Source: Alphaproteobacteria bacterium (lineage in GTDB: Bacteria; Pseudomonadota; Alphaproteobacteria; UBA7887). From it: DNA of 64,000 nucleotides. The notes under the pieces were generated by a model, which worked only from the letters and a program-made list of their open reading frames with translations, did not search any database and was not told the DNA's origin. The stretch spans positions 2,592,001-2,656,000 of the forward strand of contig CBDCGL010000011.1 in NCBI GenBank assembly GCA_965216755.1. Reading direction: 5' to 3'. Of this stretch, positions 20,904 to 31,458 are shown one piece after another (the first letter of the stretch is position 1; each line of letters starts with the position of its first letter). The position numbers and the translations under genes are program-made.

Positions 20904-22265
20904 TCAATACGCGTACTCGGCAAACACGGGGTCGACCGAGCCGTTCCAGCGGTCGCTGTAGGCTTCCAACAACTCTTCGGCGGGGCTGCGGCCAGTTTGC
21001 GCGATTCCGACCAACGTCGTCAAAAAACCTGTTTCATCGCTGCCGCCGCGATCCAGACGCGCCCGTCGCTTGAGCCCGTCCTTGGCGATTTCCAACACTT
21101 CTAATGCGACGTCGCGCACTGTCATGCCGCGAAATGGTGCTTTCAAACCGATCTTGGCAGCGCCCGCCCGCATGGCCTCGATTTCTTCGCGCGACCAATC
21201 CTTGGCCAGATCCCAGGCGGCGTCGAGCGTCGCGCTTTCGTACAGCAAGCCGACCCAAAACGCGGGCAACGCGCACAGGCGCCGCCAAGGGCCACCATCG
21301 GCGCCCCGCATTTCCAAGAATTGCTTCAGGCGCACTTCCGTAAAAATAGTGGTCAAATGATCGACCCAATCGGTCATGGTCGGTCGCTCACCCGGTAGGG
21401 CCTCTAACTTTCCATCCAAAAAAGCGCGAAATGACTGGCCGCTAACATCGATATATCGTCCGCGCCGATGGACAAAGTACATCGGCACATCCAGCGCATA
21501 GTCGGCATAGCGCTCGAAGCCCATGCCGTCTTCGAAAACCACCGACGGATTGCCCGTGCGATCCGGATCGGTATCGGTCCATATGTGGCTTCGGTAGCTC
21601 AGCATCCCGGTCGGTTTGCCATTCACGAACGGTGAGTTGGCAAATAATGCGGTCGCGATCGGTTGCAACGCTATACCGACGCGAAACTTGCGCACCATGT
21701 CGGCCTCGTCGGAAAAGTCCAGATTGGCCTGAACCGTGCAGGTCCGCAACATCATGTCCAAGCCCAATTCGCCCCGGGTCGGCATATAGGCACGCATGAT
21801 GTCGTAGCGCCCCTTGGGCATGACGGGCATCTGGTCGCGACGCCATTTCGGTTGAATACCGATGCCGAGAAAGCCGATGCGCAGTTCCTCCGCGACCTCG
21901 CGCACTTGGCTCAAATGTGTGTTCACCTCATCGCAGGTTTCGTGAATCGTCTCCAGCGGCGCGCCAGACAGCTCGAATTGGCCGCCCGGCTCAAGCGTGA
22001 CCGACTGACCATCGAGTTTCAGGGCAATCACGTTATCGTGTTCATAAACCGGTTGCCAACCAAAGCGTTGCAAGCCTTCAAGCATGGCCCGAATACCACG
22101 CGGGCCGTCATAAGGCACAGGCTTCAGCGTGTCATAGTCAAACCCGATTTTTTCGTGTTCGGTGCCGACCCGCCAACGATCGCGGGGCTTGCAACCTTGT
22201 TCCAAATAGCTGATCAGCTGGCGGCGATCGGTGACCGTCTCCGCCGCATCGGTCGATGAGGCCAT
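20904..22265 (-). CDS. gshA: Glutamate--cysteine ligase (alphaproteobacterial/plant type)
   Basis: [49 protein letters not shown]; RBS GAGGAG. Confidence 0.96.
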   Translation of the reverse strand: MASSTDAAETVTDRRQLISYLEQGCKPRDRWRVGTEHEKIGFDYDTLKPVPYDGPRGIRAMLEGLQRFGWQPVYEHDNVIALKLDGQSVTLEPGGQFELSGAPLETIHETCDEVNTHLSQVREVAEELRIGFLGIGIQPKWRRDQMPVMPKGRYDIMRAYMPTRGELGLDMMLRTCTVQANLDFSDEADMVRKFRVGIALQPIATALFANSPFVNGKPTGMLSYRSHIWTDTDPDRTGNPSVVFEDGMGFERYADYALDVPMYFVHRRGRYIDVSGQSFRAFLDGKLEALPGERPTMTDWVDHLTTIFTEVRLKQFLEMRGADGGPWRRLCALPAFWVGLLYESATLDAAWDLAKDWSREEIEAMRAGAAKIGLKAPFRGMTVRDVALEVLEIAKDGLKRRARLDRGGSDETGFLTTLVGIAQTGRSPAEELLEAYSDRWNGSVDPVFAEYAY

Positions 22266-22396
22266 AGTCCTGCTGCCGCTCCTCGTCCAGCACATATCTT
22301 TTCTTTCTTCCAGTTGCGCGGCTGGTCCCGCCACGTCGATATCCGCGCCGACTATACGTGAATCGGCACGCTATTGCCCATATCGGAGCGATGGGG

Positions 22397-23161
22397 TCAA
22401 GCCGCAGGTCGCCAATCGCCGCAAAACGCCTGCCACGATGACAACGCCGCAAGCGCCGCGGTTTCCGTACGTAGGATCCGCGGCCCCAATGATAGCGCGC
22501 AACTCCCGGGCACTGCGGCCAGCGCCATCCGCTCATCATCGCTAAAGCCGCCTTCGGGCCCAATCACGATACCGACATTCGATCCAACCATAGCCGGCAA
22601 AAGCGTCTTGGCTGGCGCCCCTGAGCCGGATTCGTCCGCCCAGATCAAAAAGCGATGGTGGGGCCATGACGCCAAGGTCTCAAACAACGTCTTAGGCGGC
22701 GAAATCGGTGGTACCGTTAACCGCCCACACTGTTCGGCCGCGTCGACCGCATGGGCACGCAACCGTTTGAGATTGACGCGCGCCACGCTGGTTCGCCGTG
22801 TGGTCATCGGACAAAGTGCGCTGACTCCAAGCTCGGTAGCCTTCTCGACCAGATAATCCGTGCGCGCCCGCTTCACCGGCGCGAACGCCAACCAGGGGCC
22901 AGGCTCCGGCCGCTGGGGCCGCATCATTGCCGCGACGTCCAAGCGATCAAGCCGCTTGGGCCCGGCCGCCAGTGCGGCCCGCCACTCGCCGTCGCGGCCA
23001 TTGAACAAATCCACCGGAGCCCCGTCCGCCAGGCGCATGACGTGGCGCAGATAGTGGTTTTGGGCGGCGTCGGTCACCACCGCCGCGTCGACGTGAAGAT
23101 CCGCGTCCACATAAAGGCGGGCCTTGGCGACGGCGCGTGCGGGTTGGTTGTCCATCGGCAT
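22397..23161 (-). CDS. rsmE: 16S rRNA m3U1498 methyltransferase
   Basis: HYLRHVMRL, EKATELGV, AAEQC, IGPEGGFS, SLGPRILRTETA. Confidence 0.95.
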   Translation of the reverse strand: MPMDNQPARAVAKARLYVDADLHVDAAVVTDAAQNHYLRHVMRLADGAPVDLFNGRDGEWRAALAAGPKRLDRLDVAAMMRPQRPEPGPWLAFAPVKRARTDYLVEKATELGVSALCPMTTRRTSVARVNLKRLRAHAVDAAEQCGRLTVPPISPPKTLFETLASWPHHRFLIWADESGSGAPAKTLLPAMVGSNVGIVIGPEGGFSDDERMALAAVPGSCALSLGPRILRTETAALAALSSWQAFCGDWRPAA

Positions 23162-23225
23162 CGTTTTTCTGGTTCGGCGATCGTCCACACGACAGAATGG
23201 CGGCCATGATACATCTTGGCTCACC

Positions 23226-24104
23226 ATGACCGACACGGGTTCACAATTGCCGCCGGTCGTCGACCGGCTGCGCCCCTACGCGGCGCTTGCCCGGCTGCAC
23301 GCCCCGATCGGTTTCTTGCTGCTCATGTGGCCGTGCTGGTGGGCGGTGGCGTTGGCGGCCCCGCCGTTCTTGCATGGCGCTAAGCTATTGATATTCTTCT
23401 TTATCGGCGCGGCGGTGATGCGCGCCGCCGGTTGTGTGTACAACGATATCGCCGATCGCGATTTCGACCGCCGGGTGGCCCGCACCCGGACGCGACCCAT
23501 CGCTAGTGGCGCGATCGCTGTGCCGCACGCGGTGCTGTTTATGATCGGTTTGTCGTTGGTCGGGCTGGTCATTTTGCTGCAGCTCAATCGTGCCGCAGTG
23601 ATTCTGGGGGTCGCCTCGTTGGCTTTGGTCGCGGTGTATCCGTTCATGAAACGCGTCACCTGGTGGCCGCAGGCGTGGCTCGGTTTGACATTCAATTGGG
23701 GCGCCCTGGTCGGCTGGGCAGCTGTAACCGGCGGTCTCGCCGTCCCCGCTTTGATCCTGTATGGCGCCGGTATTGCGTGGACATTGGGCTACGACACCAT
23801 TTATGCGCATCAGGACAAGGTCGATGATGCCCTGATCGGCGTCAAATCCTCGGCGCGTCGACTTGGCATCCACAGCCGACCCTATGTTTACGCCTTTTAC
23901 GCCCTGACCGTGTTTGGGCTGGCCGCCGCCGCGATTGCCGCCGGCAAGAACTGGCTGACCTATCCGCTGTTGTTGGTTGCCGCCGGCCACGGCCTATGGA
24001 TGGTCAAGACGGTCGACTTTGATGATCCCGACTCGTGCCTGGCGCGCTTTAAGGCGAACAACCTGTTCGCGCTGCTGGTCTTCGGCGCCTATTTGGCGGG
24101 ATAG
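23226..24104 (+). CDS. ubiA: 4-hydroxybenzoate polyprenyltransferase
   Basis: PIG..LL.WPCWW, MRAAGCVYNDIADRDFD, YPFMKR, YDTIYAHQD. Confidence 0.95.
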   Translation: MTDTGSQLPPVVDRLRPYAALARLHAPIGFLLLMWPCWWAVALAAPPFLHGAKLLIFFFIGAAVMRAAGCVYNDIADRDFDRRVARTRTRPIASGAIAVPHAVLFMIGLSLVGLVILLQLNRAAVILGVASLALVAVYPFMKRVTWWPQAWLGLTFNWGALVGWAAVTGGLAVPALILYGAGIAWTLGYDTIYAHQDKVDDALIGVKSSARRLGIHSRPYVYAFYALTVFGLAAAAIAAGKNWLTYPLLLVAAGHGLWMVKTVDFDDPDSCLARFKANNLFALLVFGAYLAG

Positions 24105-24682
24105 AGCGAAACGCCATCGCCAAGCCGCTTTACCAGGCACCATTCGTCGTGACGGTCGCCGGCGCGGGCGCGGGTAAATCCAAGATGCTGATAAAACAGC
24201 AAACCTTTGATGTTCTTGCGGTGGACGGTCAGAAAATAACCGCGCGCCCCAAGCACCAAAAATTGCATTTCGGCATGGCTCAGCAGGCGGCGACCGACGC
24301 CGCGTCCCCAAAACCGGGGATCCACGTAGAGTTGAAATACTTCCGGCCCATTGCCTCGATCACCGAAATGGCATAGCCCAACCACCCGGCCCCGCCGCGT
24401 GGCGACAAGAAAGGTCGAGTCAGAGCGGGTCATCGCCAAGTGCAGGCTACGCCGGCCATATGCGTTGGCCAAATACGCGCCGATCGCGCGCTTCGAGAAT
24501 ATCTCGCCATAAGCCGCGTGCCAGCTGGCCCGGGCGACCGCGCGAATGGCCGCAATATCGTCGGAACGGGCCGGACGCACCGTGACGTCAAGTGGTTTGG
24601 CGATGGGCTCGGTTCCAGCCATGACTGCGTTTGCGGCCCTTATGTTGGGTGACGGGTCCGTTTGGCTATCGATATTCGGCAC
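24089..24682 (-). CDS. GNAT family N-acetyltransferase
   Basis: SWHAAY, LYVDPRFWGRGVGRRL, N..G..FY..LGF; start uncertain. Confidence 0.8.
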   Translation of the reverse strand: MPNIDSQTDPSPNIRAANAVMAGTEPIAKPLDVTVRPARSDDIAAIRAVARASWHAAYGEIFSKRAIGAYLANAYGRRSLHLAMTRSDSTFLVATRRGRVVGLCHFGDRGNGPEVFQLYVDPRFWGRGVGRRLLSHAEMQFLVLGARGYFLTVHRKNIKGLLFYQHLGFTRARAGDRHDEWCLVKRLGDGVSLYPAK

Positions 24683-24739
24683 CGATCAATATAGTCCGGC
24701 CGGCGATAAGGCGAAAACCTGCCGTTAGAGGACCCCTCC

Positions 24740-26248
24740 ATGCCCTACGCAAGCCTGCGCGACTTTGTCGACCGGCTGGAAAAGACCCAACGCCTGGTAC
24801 GGGTGACGGAGCCGGTTGCCGCCGCGCTGGAAATAACCGAGATACAGACTCGGCTATTGGCCGAGCGCGGCCCCGCTGTCTTGTTCGAATCGGTCATCCG
24901 CGACGACGGTCAAACCAGCGCGATTCCAGTGCTTGCCAACCTGTTCGGCACCGTCGAACGGGTTGCCTGGGGCATGGATCGCGAACCAGATGGCTTGCGG
25001 GCGATTGGCGAAACCCTCGCCTTTCTGCGTCAGCCCGAGCCCCCGGGCGGCTGGCGAGAGGCGATGGATATGCTGCCCTTGCTGAAAACCATGATGACCA
25101 TGCGACCAAAAACCGTCCGCGACGGCCCGGTGCACGAAGTGGTGCTTCAAAGCGACGAAATCGACTTGGGCGCACTGCCCATTCAGACCTGCTGGCCGGG
25201 CGAACCAGCACCGCTGATCACCTGGCCGTTGGTCGTCACCAAGGGCCCTGGCGGCAGCCGCGAGGATGCGTTCAACCTCGGTATTTATCGAATGCAGGTG
25301 ATCGGCCGCGACCAGACACTGATGCGCTGGCTGCGTCACAGGGGCGGCGCCCAACATCACCGCCGTTGGGCGGAAGCGAACGACGCGCCGCTGCCGGCCG
25401 CGGCCGTGATCGGCGCCGATCCGGGCACAATTATCGCCGCCGTGGCGCCGGTGCCGGATACGGTGTCGGAGTACCAATTTGCCGGTCTGTTGCGTGGCAC
25501 GCGCGTGGAACTGGTGCCCTGCCGCACGGTGCCGCTAAAAGTGCCGGCGACCGCCGAGATCGTTCTTGAGGGCCATGTCTCGCTCGCCGATTATCGGGAC
25601 GAGGGACCGTTCGGCGACCATACCGGCTACTACAACGCGGTCGAAAAGTTTCCGGTCTTTACCGTCAGCGCCATCACCCGCCGGCGCGATCCGATCTATC
25701 TCTCGACATTCACCGGTCGGCCGCCCGACGAGCCAAGCGTCCTGGGTGAAGCCCTCAACGAAGTGTTCATTCCGCTGCTGCGACAACAGTTTCCGGAGAT
25801 CGTCGATTTCTGGCTGCCGCCTGAAGGCTGCAGCTACCGCATTGCCGTGGTCTCGGTCCGCAAGGCGTACCCCGGGCACGCCCGACGCGTGATGATGGCG
25901 GTATGGTCGTATTTGCGCCAATTCATCTACACCAAATTCGTCATTGTGGTGGACGATGACATTGACGCACGCGATTGGAAAGATGTGATGTGGGCGATTT
26001 CAACGCGCATGGATCCCGTCCGCGACGTGCTGCAGCTCGACAAAACGCCCATCGACTATTTGGACTTCGCCGCTCCGGAATCGGGCTTGGGCGGCAAGAT
26101 CGGCTTCGATGCCACCAACAAGTGGCCGCCTGAAAGCCAACGCGACTGGGGGCGCCAGATTCGCATGACCGACGAGATCATCGATCTGGTCGATCGCAAA
26201 TGGACAGCCTATGGTCTGCCCGGCAGCGGTCGCCCGATTTGGCGCTGA
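24740..26248 (+). CDS. ubiD: UbiD family decarboxylase (prFMN-dependent)
   Basis: [44 protein letters not shown]; RBS GAGGA. Confidence 0.95.
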   Translation: MPYASLRDFVDRLEKTQRLVRVTEPVAAALEITEIQTRLLAERGPAVLFESVIRDDGQTSAIPVLANLFGTVERVAWGMDREPDGLRAIGETLAFLRQPEPPGGWREAMDMLPLLKTMMTMRPKTVRDGPVHEVVLQSDEIDLGALPIQTCWPGEPAPLITWPLVVTKGPGGSREDAFNLGIYRMQVIGRDQTLMRWLRHRGGAQHHRRWAEANDAPLPAAAVIGADPGTIIAAVAPVPDTVSEYQFAGLLRGTRVELVPCRTVPLKVPATAEIVLEGHVSLADYRDEGPFGDHTGYYNAVEKFPVFTVSAITRRRDPIYLSTFTGRPPDEPSVLGEALNEVFIPLLRQQFPEIVDFWLPPEGCSYRIAVVSVRKAYPGHARRVMMAVWSYLRQFIYTKFVIVVDDDIDARDWKDVMWAISTRMDPVRDVLQLDKTPIDYLDFAAPESGLGGKIGFDATNKWPPESQRDWGRQIRMTDEIIDLVDRKWTAYGLPGSGRPIWR

Positions 26249-26327
26249 ACTCTTGTCGGCCAGGGCCCCATACCCAACATCGGACTCCGCCAAAACCGCC
26301 AAACCCAAGTCACAGGAAAACGCATTG

Positions 26328-27671
26328 ATGGATCACCCGACCGCCAATCTGGACTTGATTCAGGATCTGATCACCAAAGCGCGCAAGGCCGGAGCGGATG
26401 CCGCCGACGCCGTGTTTCTTGAATCAACGTCTCTGGATGCGTCCTGGCGCATGGGCAAGAATGAAGGCGTCGAGCGCGCCGAATCCAGCGATCTGGGCCT
26501 GCGGGTGCTGATCGGCCACAAACAGGCGATCGTGTCCAGCACCGATACCAATACCGACGCGCTTGCGGAATTGGTTGATCGCGCTGTCGCCATGGCACGG
26601 ACCGTCCCCGACGATCCCTATTGCGGCCTGGCTGATCCCGCCTTGTTGGCCAAAGATCTGCCGGATTTGGATCTGTTCGATCCGACCATGATCGAGTCCG
26701 CACAGCTGCTCGACGCCGCCGCCGAAGCGGAGGATGCCGCGCGCGCGGTCGACGGCATCACCAATTCGGAGGGCAGCGAGGCGAGTTGGAGCTTGACCAC
26801 ACTGGCCCTGGCCAATTCGGATGGCTTTGCCGGCCGTTATCGAACTTCGACATGCATGGTCGTGGCGTCCGTGGTTGCCGGCGCCGATACCCATATGGAA
26901 CGTGACTATGACTACGCCGTGGCGCGCTATATCGCCGACTTGGAGTCACCGGCCTCGATCGGCGCCAAAGCAGCAGAGCGTGCGGTGCGTCGCCTGAACC
27001 CGCGCAAAGTGAAAAGCTGTCAGGTGCCGGTGGTTTTCGACCCTCGAGTCTCCGGGGGTTTTCTGAGGCTCCTTGCGATGACCATCTCAGGCGCCGCGAT
27101 CGCCCGTGGAACCAGTTTCTTGAAAGACCGCTTGGGTGACCAGATTTTCGACCAAAGCATCAACATCATCGATGACCCGCTCAAGCCGCGCGGCCTGAGC
27201 TCGCGGCCCTTCGACGGCGAGGGCGTGGCCGGCCGCGTACGCCCGGTGATCGAGAATGGCTGTCTGACGACCTGGCTGATGGACGCGCGCTCCGCCCGAC
27301 AATTGGACTTGACCACCACCGGCCATGCCGCGCGTTCGGTGTCGGCACCGCCGTCGCCGTCGCCGTCGAACCTTTATATGGCCGCCGGCCCGATGAGCCC
27401 CGGAACCATGATCGGCGAGATCGACCAAGGATTTTATGTCACCGAGATGATGGGCATGAGCTTCAACAACATCACCGGTGACTATAGCCGCGGCGCCGCA
27501 GGTTTCTGGATCGATCAAGGTGAATTGGCTTATCCGGTCAGCGAGGTGACCGTGGCCGGCAATCTGAAGGACATGTTCCCGAACGCAACGCCCGCGAACG
27601 ACCTGGAGTTCCGCTACGGCATGAACGCGCCGACGCTCAGAATCGATGGCATGACCATCGCCGGGCTTTAG
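26328..27671 (+). CDS. pmbA: PmbA/TldE modulator protein
   Basis: MERDYDY, IARGTSFL, SRPFDGEG, TGDYSRGA.GFWI, PVSEVTVAGNL; no HExxxH motif. Confidence 0.92.
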   Translation: MDHPTANLDLIQDLITKARKAGADAADAVFLESTSLDASWRMGKNEGVERAESSDLGLRVLIGHKQAIVSSTDTNTDALAELVDRAVAMARTVPDDPYCGLADPALLAKDLPDLDLFDPTMIESAQLLDAAAEAEDAARAVDGITNSEGSEASWSLTTLALANSDGFAGRYRTSTCMVVASVVAGADTHMERDYDYAVARYIADLESPASIGAKAAERAVRRLNPRKVKSCQVPVVFDPRVSGGFLRLLAMTISGAAIARGTSFLKDRLGDQIFDQSINIIDDPLKPRGLSSRPFDGEGVAGRVRPVIENGCLTTWLMDARSARQLDLTTTGHAARSVSAPPSPSPSNLYMAAGPMSPGTMIGEIDQGFYVTEMMGMSFNNITGDYSRGAAGFWIDQGELAYPVSEVTVAGNLKDMFPNATPANDLEFRYGMNAPTLRIDGMTIAGL

Positions 27672-28567
27672 GACGTCGCGGTCGGCAGTATGATTTGGAG
27701 CGATTGCGTCGCCGCGTGAAATCGCGCCGGCAGATCGCCGACGATATCGCCATCGCATTGGATCGGCCGACCGCCGCAATCGGTCACCGTCGCCGCCTGT
27801 ACGGGCGCAATAACCACACCCGGCAACCAACGCACCAGACCACACGCGATGGCGATCGTGTAGAGCGCCACCGCCAAGCGGCCGCCGCGCGGAAACACGC
27901 CAACATAAAGTGTGCGGTCGGTGATTTGCGCGCGCGGCGCCCAGACCATCCGGCCGGCATAGTAGCGGCCATTGGCGAACAAGACCGAATGAGCTTGTGC
28001 ACGATGGTGGTCATACGCGACATCGAACATTGGCTGGGTGCCGGCAAGCCATCGGCTGACTCCGGCCACCACATAGGCAAGCCGGCCGATGCGTCGCTTC
28101 AGCCCCGGGTTGACCGCGGCCACGGTATCGGCATCAAAGCCGATCCCCGCAGTGGTCATAAACAGGCGCCCGTTGACGTCGGCCGCAAACATCTCACGTG
28201 GGACACCCGTCGCGATCGCCGCAGCCACGCCGTCAGGATCGCGCGGCCAAGTCAGTTCATTGGCGAGCAAATTGACCGTGCCCAGCGGTATGAGCGCGAC
28301 CGGTCGCCGCTGATCCGGCGCCGCCCGCGCAATGCCGTTGACGACCTCGTTGATGGTCCCGTCACCGCCGGCAATGGCGATAATCTCGGCCGGCGACGAC
28401 GGCGCGCACAGGGCCAAAGCATAGCGTTCCGCATCGCCGCGACAGCGGGTCGCTTTCAGCCGTATCTGGCAACCGCGCCGGCGCAGCGCGCGCACGACCG
28501 ACGCCAAACGGCCGCGCCGGCGCCGACCCGCGGTCGGGTTATAAATGATGGTGATTTGTCGCGGCAT
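27668..28567 (-). CDS. Diacylglycerol kinase family lipid kinase (YegS-like)
   Basis: NPTAG, GGDGTINEV, IPLGTVN, GIGFDA, NGRYYAG, QCDGD. Confidence 0.9.
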   Translation of the reverse strand: MPRQITIIYNPTAGRRRRGRLASVVRALRRRGCQIRLKATRCRGDAERYALALCAPSSPAEIIAIAGGDGTINEVVNGIARAAPDQRRPVALIPLGTVNLLANELTWPRDPDGVAAAIATGVPREMFAADVNGRLFMTTAGIGFDADTVAAVNPGLKRRIGRLAYVVAGVSRWLAGTQPMFDVAYDHHRAQAHSVLFANGRYYAGRMVWAPRAQITDRTLYVGVFPRGGRLAVALYTIAIACGLVRWLPGVVIAPVQAATVTDCGGRPIQCDGDIVGDLPARFHAATQSLQIILPTATS

Positions 28568-28750
28568 GTGCGCGTTGCCGCCCCCCGATGCCCTTGGCCC
28601 CAAGACGTAAGATCGCCACGCAATATTTCAATTTTGTTTCGATCCGCGTGAAAAGAAATCCACCGCTGGTACTTCGATCAGGCACGTGTCGATGATAATT
28701 TGGCCGCGCCACGACGACGATGGGACACATTTCGACAGGAGACCACGAAC

Positions 28751-29533
28751 GTGGACGATCGCCTTGCCGCCGACCACGCCGTTCTTTGTGACGCCGTTCG
28801 CGCAGCCGGCGCTGTCGCCACGCACTATTTTGGCGGCCCGCTCGATGTGCGGGAAAAGGCGCCGGGTGACCCGGTCAGCAACGCCGATCTCGCGGTCAAT
28901 GACAGCCTCCAGACCGCACTCATGGCGGCACGCCCCGACTATGGCTGGTTGTCGGAGGAATCTCCGGATTCACCCGAAAGGCTCGAACGGGACCGGGTTT
29001 GGATGGTCGACCCCATCGACGGCACCAAGGCGTTCGTGCGCGGTGATCCCGGTTATTCGATATCGGTCGCGCTGGTAGCCAACGGCCGACCGATTGCCGC
29101 CGCTGTCTATATGCCGGTCGATGACGTGATGGTCGACGCCACGGCCGGCGGCGGTGCCCGTCGCAACGGCACCGTCATTGCGGTCACCGGCGCCTCGACA
29201 CTCAAAGACGGCACCTTGGGTACCGGCCGCTCCGAGACCGGACGATCGGCTTGGCGACTGTTGGAACCGGCGACAATCGCCGCATTCGATTCGATTGCCT
29301 GTGGCTTGTGCGATGTGGCGGCGGGGAAATATGACGCGGCGGCCTCGTTGACCGGCAAGAGTGACTGGGACATTGCCGCCAGCGATCTCATCGTCGACGA
29401 AGCGGGCGGCATCGTCACCGACGCTCGCGGACAGCCGTTCGTCTACAATCGGACCAAGACTCGCCACGCCAACGTCGTTGGCGCGCCGCGGCACCTTCTG
29501 GCGTCTATTTTGGCCGCTGTCCAGGCGACTTAG
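28751..29533 (+). CDS. cysQ: 3'(2'),5'-bisphosphate nucleotidase / inositol monophosphatase family
   Basis: WLSEE, WMVDPIDGT, WDIAA; RBS AGGAG before the GTG. Confidence 0.8.
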   Translation: MDDRLAADHAVLCDAVRAAGAVATHYFGGPLDVREKAPGDPVSNADLAVNDSLQTALMAARPDYGWLSEESPDSPERLERDRVWMVDPIDGTKAFVRGDPGYSISVALVANGRPIAAAVYMPVDDVMVDATAGGGARRNGTVIAVTGASTLKDGTLGTGRSETGRSAWRLLEPATIAAFDSIACGLCDVAAGKYDAAASLTGKSDWDIAASDLIVDEAGGIVTDARGQPFVYNRTKTRHANVVGAPRHLLASILAAVQAT

Positions 29534-29634
29534 TCCTTTTGCGCCCACCACGACAGGCGTGCTAGTGTGACCATGATGTTTATCGGCCTGGTCTAAGAGC
29601 CTCTGTGAAGACCGCTAAACCCACGCGTGGCCAT

Positions 29635-31458
29635 ATGCCACCCGAAACCGACGCCATCCAACACAGCAGCGGCCGGCTCATTCGGCGGTTGGCGCGCGAC
29701 TATTTGGCGCGCTCGCAACGGCGGATCGCGCTGGCTTTGGGCTGCATGGCCGTCACGGCCGCCACCCAACCGGCTTTGGCCTGGCTGATGGAGCCGGTGG
29801 TGCGCGACATCTTCATCGCCAGAGACGCCGCCATGTTGATGGTGGTGCCGTTGGCGGTGCTGGCGGTCATGGTTATCGGCGGCATCGCGAATTTCGGCCA
29901 AGCCTACACCATGAACTGGGTCGGGCTGCGGGTCGTGGCGGACATGCAGCATGATGTGTTCGCACATTTGATGCGCTTGGACCTCAGCTATCATCAGCGG
30001 GTGCCCACGGGGCAGTTGGTATCCAGGCTGACCAACGATTGCAATCTCGTCCGCCAAGGCGCTGCCGCGACCCTGACCGGGTTGGTCAAAGACCTGCTGA
30101 CCGTGGTCTTGCTGGTTAGCTTGATGTTCTATCAGAACTGGGAATTGGCCCTGGTCGTGCTGTTCGTGTTTCCGCTTGCCGCTCTCCCAATCAACAAGCT
30201 GGGTCGGCGCATGCGCAAGGTGGTGACCAACACCCAAGCGGAAATCGGCCAGTTCACCGCCCTGCTCAACGAGTCGTTCCAGGGGGCGCGTCACGTTAAG
30301 GCGTATGGCATGGAAGACTACGAGGTTGGCCGCGCGGACCGCGTCATCGACAGGTTGTTTGGTCTCTACCTCAAGAACGCCCGCACTCGGGCGCTCACCG
30401 CGCCCTTGATGGAAACTTTGGGCGGCATCGCCATAGCCGCGGTCATCTTCTACGGTGGCGGTCAAGTCATCGCCGGCAAGGCGGAGGCCGGTGCGTTTTT
30501 CGCTTTTGTGACGGCGTTGTTGCTGGCCTATAGGCCATTGAAGAGCGTCGCCAATTTGAACACGGTGCTGCAGGAAGGCTTGGCCGCGACCCAGCGGGTG
30601 TTCACGGTCCTCGACATAGAACCATCGATCGTCGATCGGCCCGATGCAAAGCCGCTGCGCATCGGCGCTGGCAAGGTCGCTTTCGAAGGGGTCCGGTTCG
30701 GTTATGACGGCACAGGAGACGAAGCGCGGGCGCTGAACGGTTTGGATCTCACGGTCGACGCGGGGCGCACGGTCGCCCTGGTCGGCCCATCGGGCGCCGG
30801 CAAATCGACCGTTCTCAACCTGATCCCGCGTTTCTTCGATGTCGACGACGGGCGAGTCTTGATCGACGACCAAGATGTCCGTGATGTGACACTCAGCTCG
30901 TTGCGCGCCGCGATCGGTTTGGTCAGTCAAGAAATCACTCTGTTCGACGACACGGTGTGCGCCAACATCCGCTATGGCCGGCCGGATGCCGATGACGCCG
31001 CGGTCGAAGACGCCGCGCGCGCCGCGGCCGCGCATGATTTCATCCTGGCTCTGGCACACGGATACGACACCCGTGTCGGCGAAAATGGCGTCAACTTATC
31101 CGGCGGCGAGCGGCAACGAATCGCCATCGCGCGCGCCATGCTGAAAGACGCGCCGATCCTGCTGCTCGATGAGGCCACGGCAGCCTTGGACGCGGAATCC
31201 GAGCGATATGTGCAACACGCGCTCAGCCGATTGACACAGGGCCGCACAACCCTGGTCATCGCCCACCGTCTGGCCACCGTACGCAGCGCCGACTGGATCT
31301 ATGTCATCGATCGCGGCCAAGTCGTCGAACAAGGCACCCATGCCACATTGGTCGCGCAGTCTGGCCTTTACGCGCGCCTGCATAGCTTTCAATTCAGTTC
31401 TGATGGCGATTCGGGGCGGCCGAGCGCATCCGACTCAATCGCCGTGGCGCAGGGCTGA
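29635..31458 (+). CDS. msbA: ABC exporter, fused permease and ATPase (lipid A flippase MsbA-like)
   Basis: TM domain, GPSGAGKST, LSGGERQR, LLLDEAT; directly upstream of waaA-lpxK. Confidence 0.85.
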   Translation: MPPETDAIQHSSGRLIRRLARDYLARSQRRIALALGCMAVTAATQPALAWLMEPVVRDIFIARDAAMLMVVPLAVLAVMVIGGIANFGQAYTMNWVGLRVVADMQHDVFAHLMRLDLSYHQRVPTGQLVSRLTNDCNLVRQGAAATLTGLVKDLLTVVLLVSLMFYQNWELALVVLFVFPLAALPINKLGRRMRKVVTNTQAEIGQFTALLNESFQGARHVKAYGMEDYEVGRADRVIDRLFGLYLKNARTRALTAPLMETLGGIAIAAVIFYGGGQVIAGKAEAGAFFAFVTALLLAYRPLKSVANLNTVLQEGLAATQRVFTVLDIEPSIVDRPDAKPLRIGAGKVAFEGVRFGYDGTGDEARALNGLDLTVDAGRTVALVGPSGAGKSTVLNLIPRFFDVDDGRVLIDDQDVRDVTLSSLRAAIGLVSQEITLFDDTVCANIRYGRPDADDAAVEDAARAAAAHDFILALAHGYDTRVGENGVNLSGGERQRIAIARAMLKDAPILLLDEATAALDAESERYVQHALSRLTQGRTTLVIAHRLATVRSADWIYVIDRGQVVEQGTHATLVAQSGLYARLHSFQFSSDGDSGRPSASDSIAVAQG

